A stretch of 64,000 nt of DNA from Clostridia bacterium (lineage in GTDB: Bacteria; Bacillota; Clostridia; Oscillospirales; Acutalibacteraceae): assembly GCA_017437005.1 (NCBI GenBank), contig JAFSBZ010000042.1, forward strand, positions 3,397 to 67,396. The letters are read 5' to 3'. Under the pieces are notes generated by a model, which saw nothing but the letters and a program-made list of their open reading frames with translations, was not told the origin of the DNA and searched no databases. Both the position numbers and the translations under genes were made by a program. Positions 55,957-64,000 of the stretch are shown piece after piece. Positions within the stretch are counted from its first letter, which is position 1, and each line of letters begins with the position of its first letter.

Positions 55957-56935
55957 CCTCTAATGCTTCGTCTTCTATTTCATCGCACGCTTTTAAAGCT
56001 GCGATAGCAATTTCAATCATATCATCATCGGGTTCTTTTGTAGTAATGTGTTGTAACCACATACCAGGAGCGGAAATTATTTTGGTAATAAGATTATCGT
56101 ATTTTCCGCATATTTTAAGCACCTCGTATCCGAGGCCGCAAATTATAGGCAGCATTAAAACCTTTGCTACAATCCACAACCACGCTATATCATAAACATT
56201 TGGGAAAATCATTTGAACCACAGTAGATACTATCATACTTACAAGTATCATTAAAATCAAAAACGAAGTGCCGCAACGCGGATGAAAACGTTTTTGTTTT
56301 TTTACGTTTTCAACAGTAAGCGGCAAGCCCGCTTCATAGCAAAAAATAGTTTTGTGCTCGGCACCGTGATATGCAAATACGTGATAAATATCCTTCATAA
56401 AAGATATTCCCCACATATAAAGCACTAATACGGCAAGCTTTATAAGCTGTTCGATGCCCGAACGAACAATTTTTGAAAAATCAGTACCTGCCAGCCACTC
56501 AAGTCCTGCAACCGCATAGCGTGGAATACCTAAAAACAGCACCAAAGCCAGTGCTATTCCAAGCACCGAGCCTACAGTCATAACAACGGCTATAAGTGCC
56601 GATTCTTTTTTGGGGTCCTTTTCGCTTTCCTCTTCAAGATCGGTAAATCCCGAAATTTCAGCCGACTTCATCATAGCCTTATAGCCCTGAATCATCGTTT
56701 CAATATAGGTTACCATACCGCGAAGTATGGGTAAACGAAGAAATGTAAACTTATCCTTAATGCTTTTTTCATCAATAAAACTTATGTCAATTGTTTTATC
56801 GGGTTTGCGAACGGCCATTGCTGTCTTTTTTTGAGGGTTTTTCATCATAATACCCTCAATAAGCGCCTGTCCGCCAATGGATGTATATTTTGCCAATTTA
56901 GTTTTCTCCTTGTTGTGATTTTTCCGCATCTTCAT
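55928..56935 (-). CDS. DUF1385 domain-containing membrane protein
   Basis: Has IGGQALIEGIMM and YHGAEHK. This is the usual upstream partner of prmC in Firmicutes. The start is uncertain because it overlaps the HK gene. Confidence 0.8.
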   Translation of the reverse strand: MKMRKNHNKEKTKLAKYTSIGGQALIEGIMMKNPQKKTAMAVRKPDKTIDISFIDEKSIKDKFTFLRLPILRGMVTYIETMIQGYKAMMKSAEISGFTDLEEESEKDPKKESALIAVVMTVGSVLGIALALVLFLGIPRYAVAGLEWLAGTDFSKIVRSGIEQLIKLAVLVLYMWGISFMKDIYHVFAYHGAEHKTIFCYEAGLPLTVENVKKQKRFHPRCGTSFLILMILVSMIVSTVVQMIFPNVYDIAWLWIVAKVLMLPIICGLGYEVLKICGKYDNLITKIISAPGMWLQHITTKEPDDDMIEIAIAALKACDEIEDEALEDDIQEDDNI

Positions 56936-58418
56936 CTAAAGGTAATGCGGTTTGTTCGTTGTTGAGCGGTTCTATAATCTCCTCCGCGAGATTCTCCTCT
57001 ATGGCAGGCTCTTCGTAAAGCGGCAACACTATTGTAACCGTGGTGCCGACTCCTTCGGTGGATTCAATAAACAAAAGTCCGTGATGTTGCTTTATAATTT
57101 CGTCTGCGACAGCAAGACCTATGCCGCTGCCACGTATAGTTTTGTTTGATTTAAAAAACTTTTCTTTTACGTGATCAAGGTCTTCTGCAGGAATACCAAC
57201 ACCTGTATCCTTTACAACTATGCGGACACAGCCTTCCTCTTCCTGTACCTGCGCCACAAGCACAAGACCGCCCTTTTCGGTATATTTTACTGCATTATCT
57301 ATAACGTTAATAAATACCTGCTTTAATCGGTCAGAATCTGCCATAACTATCGAGCTTTTTGCTGGTGGGGTATAAGATAATTCTATACCCTGCTTTATTG
57401 CAAGCTCGGTATACATATCCGACACCGATACCAAAAGATGTGAAACGTCAATCGGTTGAACGTTGTTTACAATCATTCTACCCGATTGCATACGCGAAAA
57501 GTCGAGCAAGTCCTCTACAAGACCTGAAAGGCGGTCGGCTTCGCTTAACACAACATCAAGACCGCGAGCAACCAAATCCTCATCTGTTCCGAGCGACATT
57601 TTTGCCGTCTCACCCCAACCGCGAATAGCGGTAAGAGGTGTGCGAAGCTCGTGAGAAACCGATGATATAAAGTCGTTTTTCATAGTTTCTGCTGTTTGAA
57701 GCTCGCTCGCCATATAGTTGATGGTTTCGCCCAGCTCGCCCAACTCGTCATTACTTGAAATCTCAATGCGAGCTTTAAAATCACCGCCTGCGATTTTGCG
57801 CGTGGTGTTACCCATATCACGTAGCTTTGCAACAATTGCGTTCAAGAAAAACAATCCCGACAAAGCGCACAGCACCAAAACAATCAACGAAATAACAATT
57901 ATTATGGCTATGGTCAAATTTATGCTTTTATAGGCAGCTTTAAGCGATGTTACCCATCTATATGCGCCCACAATTTCACCGTTTACACTATGTATTATGT
58001 GTGTTCCTGCCATAATGCTTTCGCCGCTTGAATTTTTACCTTTGTAAATTGATACTCCCGACAAGGAATTACTTGCGCGGTCATATTCGGATTTTATATC
58101 GTCAGAGGGCTGAAATCCCGTGGTAGAAACAATCACTCTGCCGGCATCGTTTATAACCTGAACCTCAATTTTGGTTTTGTATTCAAAATCGTCAGAAAGA
58201 ATAATGGCTGTATCGTAAAAATTGTTTTTATCTACCGATGAAAGATTTTTAAAACTCTGGGCATAGTCGGTCGCCTGAGATTGTACCGTGTTAAAGATAA
58301 GCGTTGTAAATAGCATCGAAAGTATTATCGCAATTGCTACTACCGCCAAGGCTATAATTAAATAAACCCTAAAAAGCCATCTCGTCGCTATGCTTTTAAA
58401 GTGTAAATTCAATTTCAC
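56898..58418 (-). CDS. sensor histidine kinase (2 TM, extracytoplasmic domain, HAMP, HisKA, HATPase; no cytoplasmic PAS)
   Basis: GTG start 58418 after aggtgg. The H-box is SHELRTPLTAI. N, G1 and G2 boxes are present. Confidence 0.9.
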   Translation of the reverse strand: MKLNLHFKSIATRWLFRVYLIIALAVVAIAIILSMLFTTLIFNTVQSQATDYAQSFKNLSSVDKNNFYDTAIILSDDFEYKTKIEVQVINDAGRVIVSTTGFQPSDDIKSEYDRASNSLSGVSIYKGKNSSGESIMAGTHIIHSVNGEIVGAYRWVTSLKAAYKSINLTIAIIIVISLIVLVLCALSGLFFLNAIVAKLRDMGNTTRKIAGGDFKARIEISSNDELGELGETINYMASELQTAETMKNDFISSVSHELRTPLTAIRGWGETAKMSLGTDEDLVARGLDVVLSEADRLSGLVEDLLDFSRMQSGRMIVNNVQPIDVSHLLVSVSDMYTELAIKQGIELSYTPPAKSSIVMADSDRLKQVFINVIDNAVKYTEKGGLVLVAQVQEEEGCVRIVVKDTGVGIPAEDLDHVKEKFFKSNKTIRGSGIGLAVADEIIKQHHGLLFIESTEGVGTTVTIVLPLYEEPAIEENLAEEIIEPLNNEQTALPLDEDAEKSQQGEN

Positions 58419-58455
58419 TGTACAATCCCACCTTTCCTATAAATTATTTAAAAGC

Positions 58456-59175
58456 TTAGTTGGCATTTGTGTCCCACTTATATCCCATGCCCCATACCGT
58501 CACAATAAACTTAGGCTCAGAAGAGTCCTCCTCTATCTTCATACGCAAACGTCTGATATTAACATCGACGATTTTTTCCTCGCCAAAATAGGCGTCACCC
58601 CATATTTTATGCAGCATTGTTGATCTGCTGATGGGTTCATCAGGATTTGCAAAGAAATACTCCATAATTTGAAATTCTATCTGAGTAAGTTCAATGTTTT
58701 TACCATCCTTTGACAAAGTACGACTGCGCAAATCGAGCACAAATCTTCCTGATTCAAGTTGAGTAGATGGCTTTTGAACAGCGCCCGGCTTACTTTTACT
58801 CACCCTGCGATAAAGTGAATCCACACGCGCAAGTAATTCGGTGGGACTAAAGGGCTTTGTAACGTAGTCGTCAGCGCCAATCATAAGTCCGCTTATTTTA
58901 TCCATCTCCTGCGATTTTGCAGTAAGCATTATAATTCCTATAGAATCGGAGCGGCTACGCAGTTCTTTACAAAGCGTAAAGCCATCCATACCGGGCATCA
59001 TAACATCCAAAAGCGCTATATCAAAGCCTTCGGGATCATTGTCAAATATTTGAAGCGCCTCTTCGCCGCTTCCTGCTTCTATTGTATCATAACCTACTCT
59101 TTTAAGATTTATGGCTTCAAATTCGCGGATTGCAACCTCGTCTTCTACGATAAGTATTCTTTTCAATCCTCGCAC
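58456..59175 (-). CDS. OmpR/PhoB-family response regulator
   Basis: Receiver domain (ILIVEDE...LLDVMMPGMDG) plus a winged helix (VWGMGYKW). Confidence 0.92.
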   Translation of the reverse strand: MRGLKRILIVEDEVAIREFEAINLKRVGYDTIEAGSGEEALQIFDNDPEGFDIALLDVMMPGMDGFTLCKELRSRSDSIGIIMLTAKSQEMDKISGLMIGADDYVTKPFSPTELLARVDSLYRRVSKSKPGAVQKPSTQLESGRFVLDLRSRTLSKDGKNIELTQIEFQIMEYFFANPDEPISRSTMLHKIWGDAYFGEEKIVDVNIRRLRMKIEEDSSEPKFIVTVWGMGYKWDTNAN

Positions 59176-59180
59176 CTCCG

Positions 59181-60491
59181 TTATTTTACTAAATAAAACG
59201 TCTCTTTTATAAATTCAATATTTATTGCAAATGCATTTGCGCCTTCTCCAAGCTCTACTACAAATACCATATTATCGTTTCTTGCAATTTCTACCTTGTT
59301 ATCGTGATTATAATCTGTGCTTGCCCAATCATCTACATCTATTGCTTTAATTGTAAACAGTAATTTACCCAAAATATTATTTTGCGAATCGTAATGATAA
59401 AACTTTCTTTCGTGATTTTCTATGTCCTTAAGAACCGCAAGGTAGCCAACCATAGAATTTGGAACCGTAAGATAATATCCGTCGACGGTATTTACAACCG
59501 TTACAAGCTTTACCGAAAGCTTTTCACCGTTAAACGAGCACCAATTTGTATAATACAGCTTTTCATCGCTATCGGTAGCGTTTGGTAGATCGGATGCCAC
59601 AGGAATTTCAAGTATTCCGTCTGAGTTTATATCCTGTGTTTTAAGCGATGCCGCGCGCAAGGTAAGTATGTTCTCGAAAGAATTAACCGTATCAAGCAAC
59701 GGATTTATCAATTCGCCCTTTGAAAAATACAACACCTCTGTAATTGCGCCAACACCCTTTGTTTCGTTAATGTATATTGCGTTTTGCCCATTTGACAAAG
59801 TTGAAAGTATCGGAAACTCTGCCGATTTTATACTACTATCCATCAAACACCCTGCCGTTTGCGACATTGTGCCATCAACATAGTTATAAATCATTGCCTT
59901 GTTGGTTTTTTCGGTTGTGTTAAGTAAATGAACAAATATCTCATTTGTGCCGTTGTTATCAAGATCGCAGCACATAAATGAAGTATATGCCTGAAGCAAT
60001 TGCTGCTTTAATTTATTTTCACTAAAATCATATATACTTAACTGCTTTTCGTTGTTACCGTTAACTTCCCAGCCTATAAGTATTTCTTCAAGCCCGTCGT
60101 TGTTAAGGTCACAAAAATCAAGCATTTCAACGCCAATTGCCACCACCGTTTGATCCGAAACAGAGGTCCATTTACCTCCAAGCTGACAAATAACATTTAC
60201 GTGCATCGTGGTCATCTCGTCATCGCTTGTGCTATAGAAGGCAAAAGCCTCAAATATACTGTCGCCGTTTAGATCTTCTAAAACAATCGCAGAACGTCTG
60301 TCTCCCGATGATGGGTATTTCAAATCACAGTCGGAGCCTACGCTTTTATAAAGCGCGTCGGCTATCAACGACATCTCGCCCGTAAGCTCCGGAGGGGCAA
60401 CCATATCTTTAGTGCCGTCTATAATATCGCAGCCTGTAAACAGAAAACACATAAGTAGCGCAATTGCTATTGTCAACACTTTTTTTAGCAT
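59181..60491 (-). CDS. lipoprotein with FG-GAP-like DxNxDGxxE repeats
   Basis: Has the lipobox LFTGC and four repeats: DLNGDSIFE, DLNNDGLEE, DLDNNGTNE and DINSDGILE. First gene of the RR-HK operon. Confidence 0.7.
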   Translation of the reverse strand: MLKKVLTIAIALLMCFLFTGCDIIDGTKDMVAPPELTGEMSLIADALYKSVGSDCDLKYPSSGDRRSAIVLEDLNGDSIFEAFAFYSTSDDEMTTMHVNVICQLGGKWTSVSDQTVVAIGVEMLDFCDLNNDGLEEILIGWEVNGNNEKQLSIYDFSENKLKQQLLQAYTSFMCCDLDNNGTNEIFVHLLNTTEKTNKAMIYNYVDGTMSQTAGCLMDSSIKSAEFPILSTLSNGQNAIYINETKGVGAITEVLYFSKGELINPLLDTVNSFENILTLRAASLKTQDINSDGILEIPVASDLPNATDSDEKLYYTNWCSFNGEKLSVKLVTVVNTVDGYYLTVPNSMVGYLAVLKDIENHERKFYHYDSQNNILGKLLFTIKAIDVDDWASTDYNHDNKVEIARNDNMVFVVELGEGANAFAINIEFIKETFYLVK

Positions 60492-60650
60492 TATGGCATA
60501 CGCCTCCTTTTAACTGATAATTATACATAATGCATTATAGCACAACTGTTACTAAAATAAAAGAATTTTTTATGAATTTTTAAAACAAAATGATTGAAAG
60601 TTACTTTCTTTTATTGTATCATTTAATAAAAAACTGCGATTGGTGAAAAT

Positions 60651-62495
60651 ATGGATACAAAAAGACTTGAACAACTACTGCTTACAGTACAAAAACCGGG
60701 TCGTTACTCGGGCGGTGAAGTTAACCAAATAGTAAAGGATAAATCAAAGGTTGATGTGCGCTTTGCCTTTTGTTTTCCCGACACGTACGAGATTGGTATG
60801 AGCCATCTTGGTATGAAAATACTGTACTCATTATTTAACGAACGTGACGACATTTGGTGTGAGCGTGTTTTTGCGCCATGGGTTGACGCGCAAAAGGTTA
60901 TGAGGGACAACAACATACCCCTATACGCGCTTGAAAGCCGTGATCAAATACGTGACTTTGATTTTGTAGGCTTTACTTTGCAATACGAATTATCATACAC
61001 CAACATTCTTGCTATGCTTGAGCTTGGCGGTATTCCGCTAAAGGCTTCTGACCGCGACGACAGTTACCCGATAATTGTTGCAGGCGGTCCTTGCGCTTGT
61101 AACCCCGAGCCACTTAGCCGTTTTATAGACATATTCTTTTTAGGCGAAGGCGAAAAGGTTGACTTGGAAGTAATTGACCTTTATAAGAAAATAAAGAAAA
61201 ACGGCGGCTCAAAACAAGACTTTTTATGCGCCGCTGCAAAAATACAGGGTGTATATGTACCTTCACTTTATGATTTTACATACAACGCCGACGGAACAAT
61301 CGCCGCTATTACACCAAAGGGCGATGCGCCACAGGTTATAGAAAAGCGAATTGAAGAAAACCTTGATGAAACGTACTATCCCGACCGATTTGTAGTGCCG
61401 TATATTGAGGCCGTACACGACCGCGCCGTACAAGAGGTTTTTCGCGGATGTATACGTGGTTGCCGTTTTTGCCAAGCGGGTTATATTTATCGACCCGTAC
61501 GAGAAAAAAGCGCCTCGGTAGTTAATGCTCAAGCAAGAGCGTTGTGCGAAAATACGGGATATGACGAAATGTCACTTTCAAGCCTTTCAACAAGCGATTA
61601 TACCCAGCTTGAGCCTATGCTTGACGAAATGCTTTCCTGGACAGAGAAGGGCAAAATAGCTCTTTCACTGCCGTCACTTCGCATTGATAATTTTAGCGAA
61701 GAATTAATGCAAAAAATAAACCGCCTTAAAAAAAGCAGTCTTACCTTTGCGCCCGAGGCAGGCACTCAAAGGCTACGTGATGTTATAAACAAAAACATTA
61801 CCGAGGATGATATTCTTACCACCTGCGCTACTGCTTTTCGCGGCGGTTACACAGCCGTTAAGCTTTACTTTATGATGGGATTGCCTACAGAAACCGACGA
61901 GGATATTGTAGGTATTGCCGATTTGGCGCAAAAAATAGTAGACCTTTATTACTCTCTGCCCGAAAAACCAAAGGGCAAGGCAGTAAACGTATCAATAAGC
62001 GTTGCAAACTTCGTACCAAAGCCGCATACACCATTCCAGTTTGAACCGCAAATTACACGCGAAGAAATGATGCGCCGCCAAATGCTGCTGAAAGACAGTA
62101 TCAAAAGCAAAAAAATTACCTTTAACTATCACGAAAATAAAACAAGTTTTCTTGAGGGTGTTTTTGCGCGCGGCGATCGTCGACTTGGTGCAGTAATCGA
62201 AGCGGCATATAAAAGAGGTTGCTGTTTTGACGGCTGGGACGAGTGCTTCCAGCTTGAAAAATGGCTTGAAGCCTTTGACGAATGTGGTGTTTCCCCCGAA
62301 TTTTACGCCAACCGTTTACGTAGTTTTGACGAAATCACACCTTGGGAGCATCTTGATTACCGCATTACAAAAGAATTTTTAATCAGAGAAAATATGGCGG
62401 CTCACGCCGAATGTACAACGCCAAATTGTCGCGAAAAATGCGCAAACTGCGGCGCAAATTCTTACAAAAGGGGTGTTTGCATTGAAAAACGTTAG
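60651..62495 (+). CDS. B12-binding-domain radical SAM protein, TIGR03960-like
   Basis: 614 aa. The CIRGCRFCQAG cluster follows an N-terminal Rossmann-like domain. Has a C-terminal Cys cluster. Confidence 0.75.
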   Translation: MDTKRLEQLLLTVQKPGRYSGGEVNQIVKDKSKVDVRFAFCFPDTYEIGMSHLGMKILYSLFNERDDIWCERVFAPWVDAQKVMRDNNIPLYALESRDQIRDFDFVGFTLQYELSYTNILAMLELGGIPLKASDRDDSYPIIVAGGPCACNPEPLSRFIDIFFLGEGEKVDLEVIDLYKKIKKNGGSKQDFLCAAAKIQGVYVPSLYDFTYNADGTIAAITPKGDAPQVIEKRIEENLDETYYPDRFVVPYIEAVHDRAVQEVFRGCIRGCRFCQAGYIYRPVREKSASVVNAQARALCENTGYDEMSLSSLSTSDYTQLEPMLDEMLSWTEKGKIALSLPSLRIDNFSEELMQKINRLKKSSLTFAPEAGTQRLRDVINKNITEDDILTTCATAFRGGYTAVKLYFMMGLPTETDEDIVGIADLAQKIVDLYYSLPEKPKGKAVNVSISVANFVPKPHTPFQFEPQITREEMMRRQMLLKDSIKSKKITFNYHENKTSFLEGVFARGDRRLGAVIEAAYKRGCCFDGWDECFQLEKWLEAFDECGVSPEFYANRLRSFDEITPWEHLDYRITKEFLIRENMAAHAECTTPNCREKCANCGANSYKRGVCIEKR

Positions 62496-63132
62496 ACTTT
62501 TTTATAAACAAGGCGGCAGAATGAGATTTATCTCGCACCTTGATATGACACGCTTTATGTCGCGACTTATCCGCAGAGCAAATATTCCCGTATGGTATAC
62601 CGAAGGATTTAATCCGCACCTTTATATGACGTTTGCCCTACCGTTATCCCTGGGTTTTGAAAGCGATTATAACGTTTTGGATATTCGCGTTCTTGACGAT
62701 GACTATGATATTTCTGTATTGCCTAAAAAGTTAAACGATGTATGCCCGCCGTATATAACATTTTTTGACGTTGCAGAACCCCAAAAAAAAGCAGGTGATG
62801 TTACAGCGGCAGAGTTTGATATCACTTTTGATGATAACGGCGTAATCGCAAAGGATATAAATGACTTTTTAGTCCGTGACAGCATAGTAGTTTTAAAGAA
62901 AACCAAAAAAGGCGGCGAAAAAGAAATTGAAGTAGCCGATAAAATCAAGGCATTTTCTCTTGAAAACAATGATGGTAATACAATACTTAAAATCACACTA
63001 CCCGCAGGAAGTGTTGAAAACCTTAACCCCGAATTATTTTTGAATAAATTTTTCGAGGAAAGCGGCAAATATTATTGTTACGTGGTAAACCGTACAGCTA
63101 TACTTGACTCAAATGGAAAACTTTTTAAATGA
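62482..63132 (+). CDS. radical SAM-associated protein, TIGR03936/DUF2344-like
   Basis: Has RMRFISHLDMTRFMSRLIRRANIPVWYTEGFNPH. TTG 62482 lies 8 nt after aaagggg and overlaps the upstream gene. Confidence 0.75.
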   Translation: MKNVRLFYKQGGRMRFISHLDMTRFMSRLIRRANIPVWYTEGFNPHLYMTFALPLSLGFESDYNVLDIRVLDDDYDISVLPKKLNDVCPPYITFFDVAEPQKKAGDVTAAEFDITFDDNGVIAKDINDFLVRDSIVVLKKTKKGGEKEIEVADKIKAFSLENNDGNTILKITLPAGSVENLNPELFLNKFFEESGKYYCYVVNRTAILDSNGKLFK

Positions 63133-63150
63133 TGCATAATTAATAAAAAG

Positions 63151-63190
63151 ATAAGACCCTACTTTGATTTTAAAGTAGGGTCTTATCTTT
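63151..63190 (+). terminator. rho-independent terminator
   Basis: Stem ataagaccctacttt/aaagtagggtcttat followed by ctttgggttt. Confidence 0.75.
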
Positions 63191-63236
63191 GGGTTTGGCA
63201 ACCGTGTCGCAATAGAGTCACGTGTTTGACTAATTA

Positions 63237-63278
63237 TATAACAATTTGTTTTATATGTCAATATAACAAATTGTTATA
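63237..63278 (+). promoter_or_regulatory. two TATAACAA-N-TTGTTATA palindromes upstream of XRE paralog 3
   Basis: A perfect 17-bp palindrome tataacaaattgttata lies at 63262-63278. An imperfect copy tataacaatttgtttta lies at 63237-63253. TATAAT is at 63282-63287. Confidence 0.5.
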
Positions 63279-63303
63279 CCGTATAATTTTATTTGGTGAT
63301 TAT

Positions 63304-63519
63304 ATGGTGAATAATAGATTACGTGATTTGCGAACTGATAAAGACCTGAAGCAAAAAGATGTTGCTGACTATTTAAATTGCAGTCAGGTTGCATACTCAC
63401 ATTACGAACTCGGCAGGCGAGATATTCCAACCGAGGTATTGGTTGCTCTTGCAAAATTTTATAACACAACTACGGATTATATTTTAGGTTTGACCGATGA
63501 TATTACCCCCCGTAAATAA
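63304..63519 (+). CDS. XRE-family helix-turn-helix regulator (paralog 3)
   Basis: Start at MVNNRLRDLR. Has LKQKDVADYLNCSQVAYSHYE and the tail TTTDYILGLTDDITPRK. Confidence 0.8.
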   Translation: MVNNRLRDLRTDKDLKQKDVADYLNCSQVAYSHYELGRRDIPTEVLVALAKFYNTTTDYILGLTDDITPRK

Positions 63520-63554
63520 TAGGTTATTCGTGAATGACCCATACAAAAAATTTT

Positions 63555-63596
63555 AGACACTGCTTTAAATTTCAAAGCAGTGTCTTATCTTTTTTA
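63555..63596. terminator. bidirectional rho-independent terminator
   Basis: Stem agacactgcttt/aaagcagtgtct followed by tatctttttt. Confidence 0.75.
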
Positions 63597-63607
63597 TTAA
63601 TTATTCA

Positions 63608-64000
63608 TTAGATTGAAAGGTCTTCTACAATAAGCTCGCGAACTGCGTTTTCGTCGGCAGGTTCTGTGTCACGTACTGCAAAGAACTTTTCGGCAACCTG
63701 TGGGAAGAGAGCATAGCTGAGTACGTCTTCGTAAGACTTACCAATGCCCTTTTCCTTCATCTCGGCTGCGTATTTTTCGAGCTCTGGCTCAAGTAAATCT
63801 GCAGGACGACAGGTAATAACCTCGTCATCACCGATAGCCTTTTTGCGAACCTCTTCATTAACAGGAGCAGGCAATTTACCGTACTCACCGCGAAGAAGAG
63901 CCTTTGATTCCTTTGGAACCATTTTATAGCGCTCGCCAGATATTACGTTCATAACAGCCTGAGTACCAACAATCTGGCTTGTTGGTGTTACGAGTGGTGG
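63608..64000 (-). CDS. oxaloacetate decarboxylase alpha / pyruvate carboxylase subunit B-type carboxyltransferase, C-terminal fragment (5' end outside the window)
   Basis: The frame is open to the window edge. It reads PPLVTPTSQIVGTQAVMNVISGERYK...LRGEYGKLPAPV. It ends without a biotinyl (AMKM) domain. Confidence 0.75.
   Translation of the reverse strand, partial: PPLVTPTSQIVGTQAVMNVISGERYKMVPKESKALLRGEYGKLPAPVNEEVRKKAIGDDEVITCRPADLLEPELEKYAAEMKEKGIGKSYEDVLSYALFPQVAEKFFAVRDTEPADENAVRELIVEDLSI

Noticed and set aside
63215-63230. parS-like sequence gagtcacgtgtttgac containing the CACGTG core
   Set aside because: The flanks are not the inverted TGTTxCAC/GTGxAACA arms, so it is not a palindrome of the parS type.

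Overview
Chromosomal segment of a low-GC Gram-positive anaerobe. Gene content and order look Clostridia-like, which is an inference from the sequence only. I call about 62 protein genes and one tRNA (initiator tRNA-Met). There is no rRNA, CRISPR array or transposase. Most genes are housekeeping: asnB, secA, pgi, nrdG-nrdD, trxB, mnmE-mnmG-rsmG-parB, rsmI, cysE-cysS, pgsA, rimO, recX-recA and prmC, plus a lipoprotein-RR-HK operon. Accessory or unusual parts follow. (1) nt 1-5109 is the right end of an integrative element (DUF1643-like gene plus a small ORF, DUF927-type P-loop protein, excisionase, tyrosine integrase). It runs into the 3' end of tRNA-fMet, whose T-stem carries two U.U mismatches, as expected for a hybrid attR. 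(2) nrdD carries a C-terminal CPxC redoxin domain, and the next gene is a TrxR-like protein that lacks the NADPH 2'-phosphate motif. NrdR boxes overlap the nrdD promoter. This is my best candidate for an under-described system: a tethered, formate-independent reductant relay for class III RNR. (3) An AT-rich cell-wall glycan decoration locus at 38.6-45.1 kb resembles GacI/J/K/L, with added GT4 and LicD genes, divergent promoters and a phased 22-bp tandem repeat. (4) A BY-kinase module has a (YG)7 hexanucleotide-repeat tail. (5) A 751-aa surface protein has repeated C-x9/10-C-x2-C modules and an SPSTN sorting-signal-like C-terminus. (6) A family of GC-rich multi-hairpin intergenic elements occurs at three loci. 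(7) Three paralogous small XRE regulators share an upstream motif and a C-terminal tail. All calls come from reading the ORF translations and the DNA by eye. No searches were run, so family names are recognitions, not database hits.
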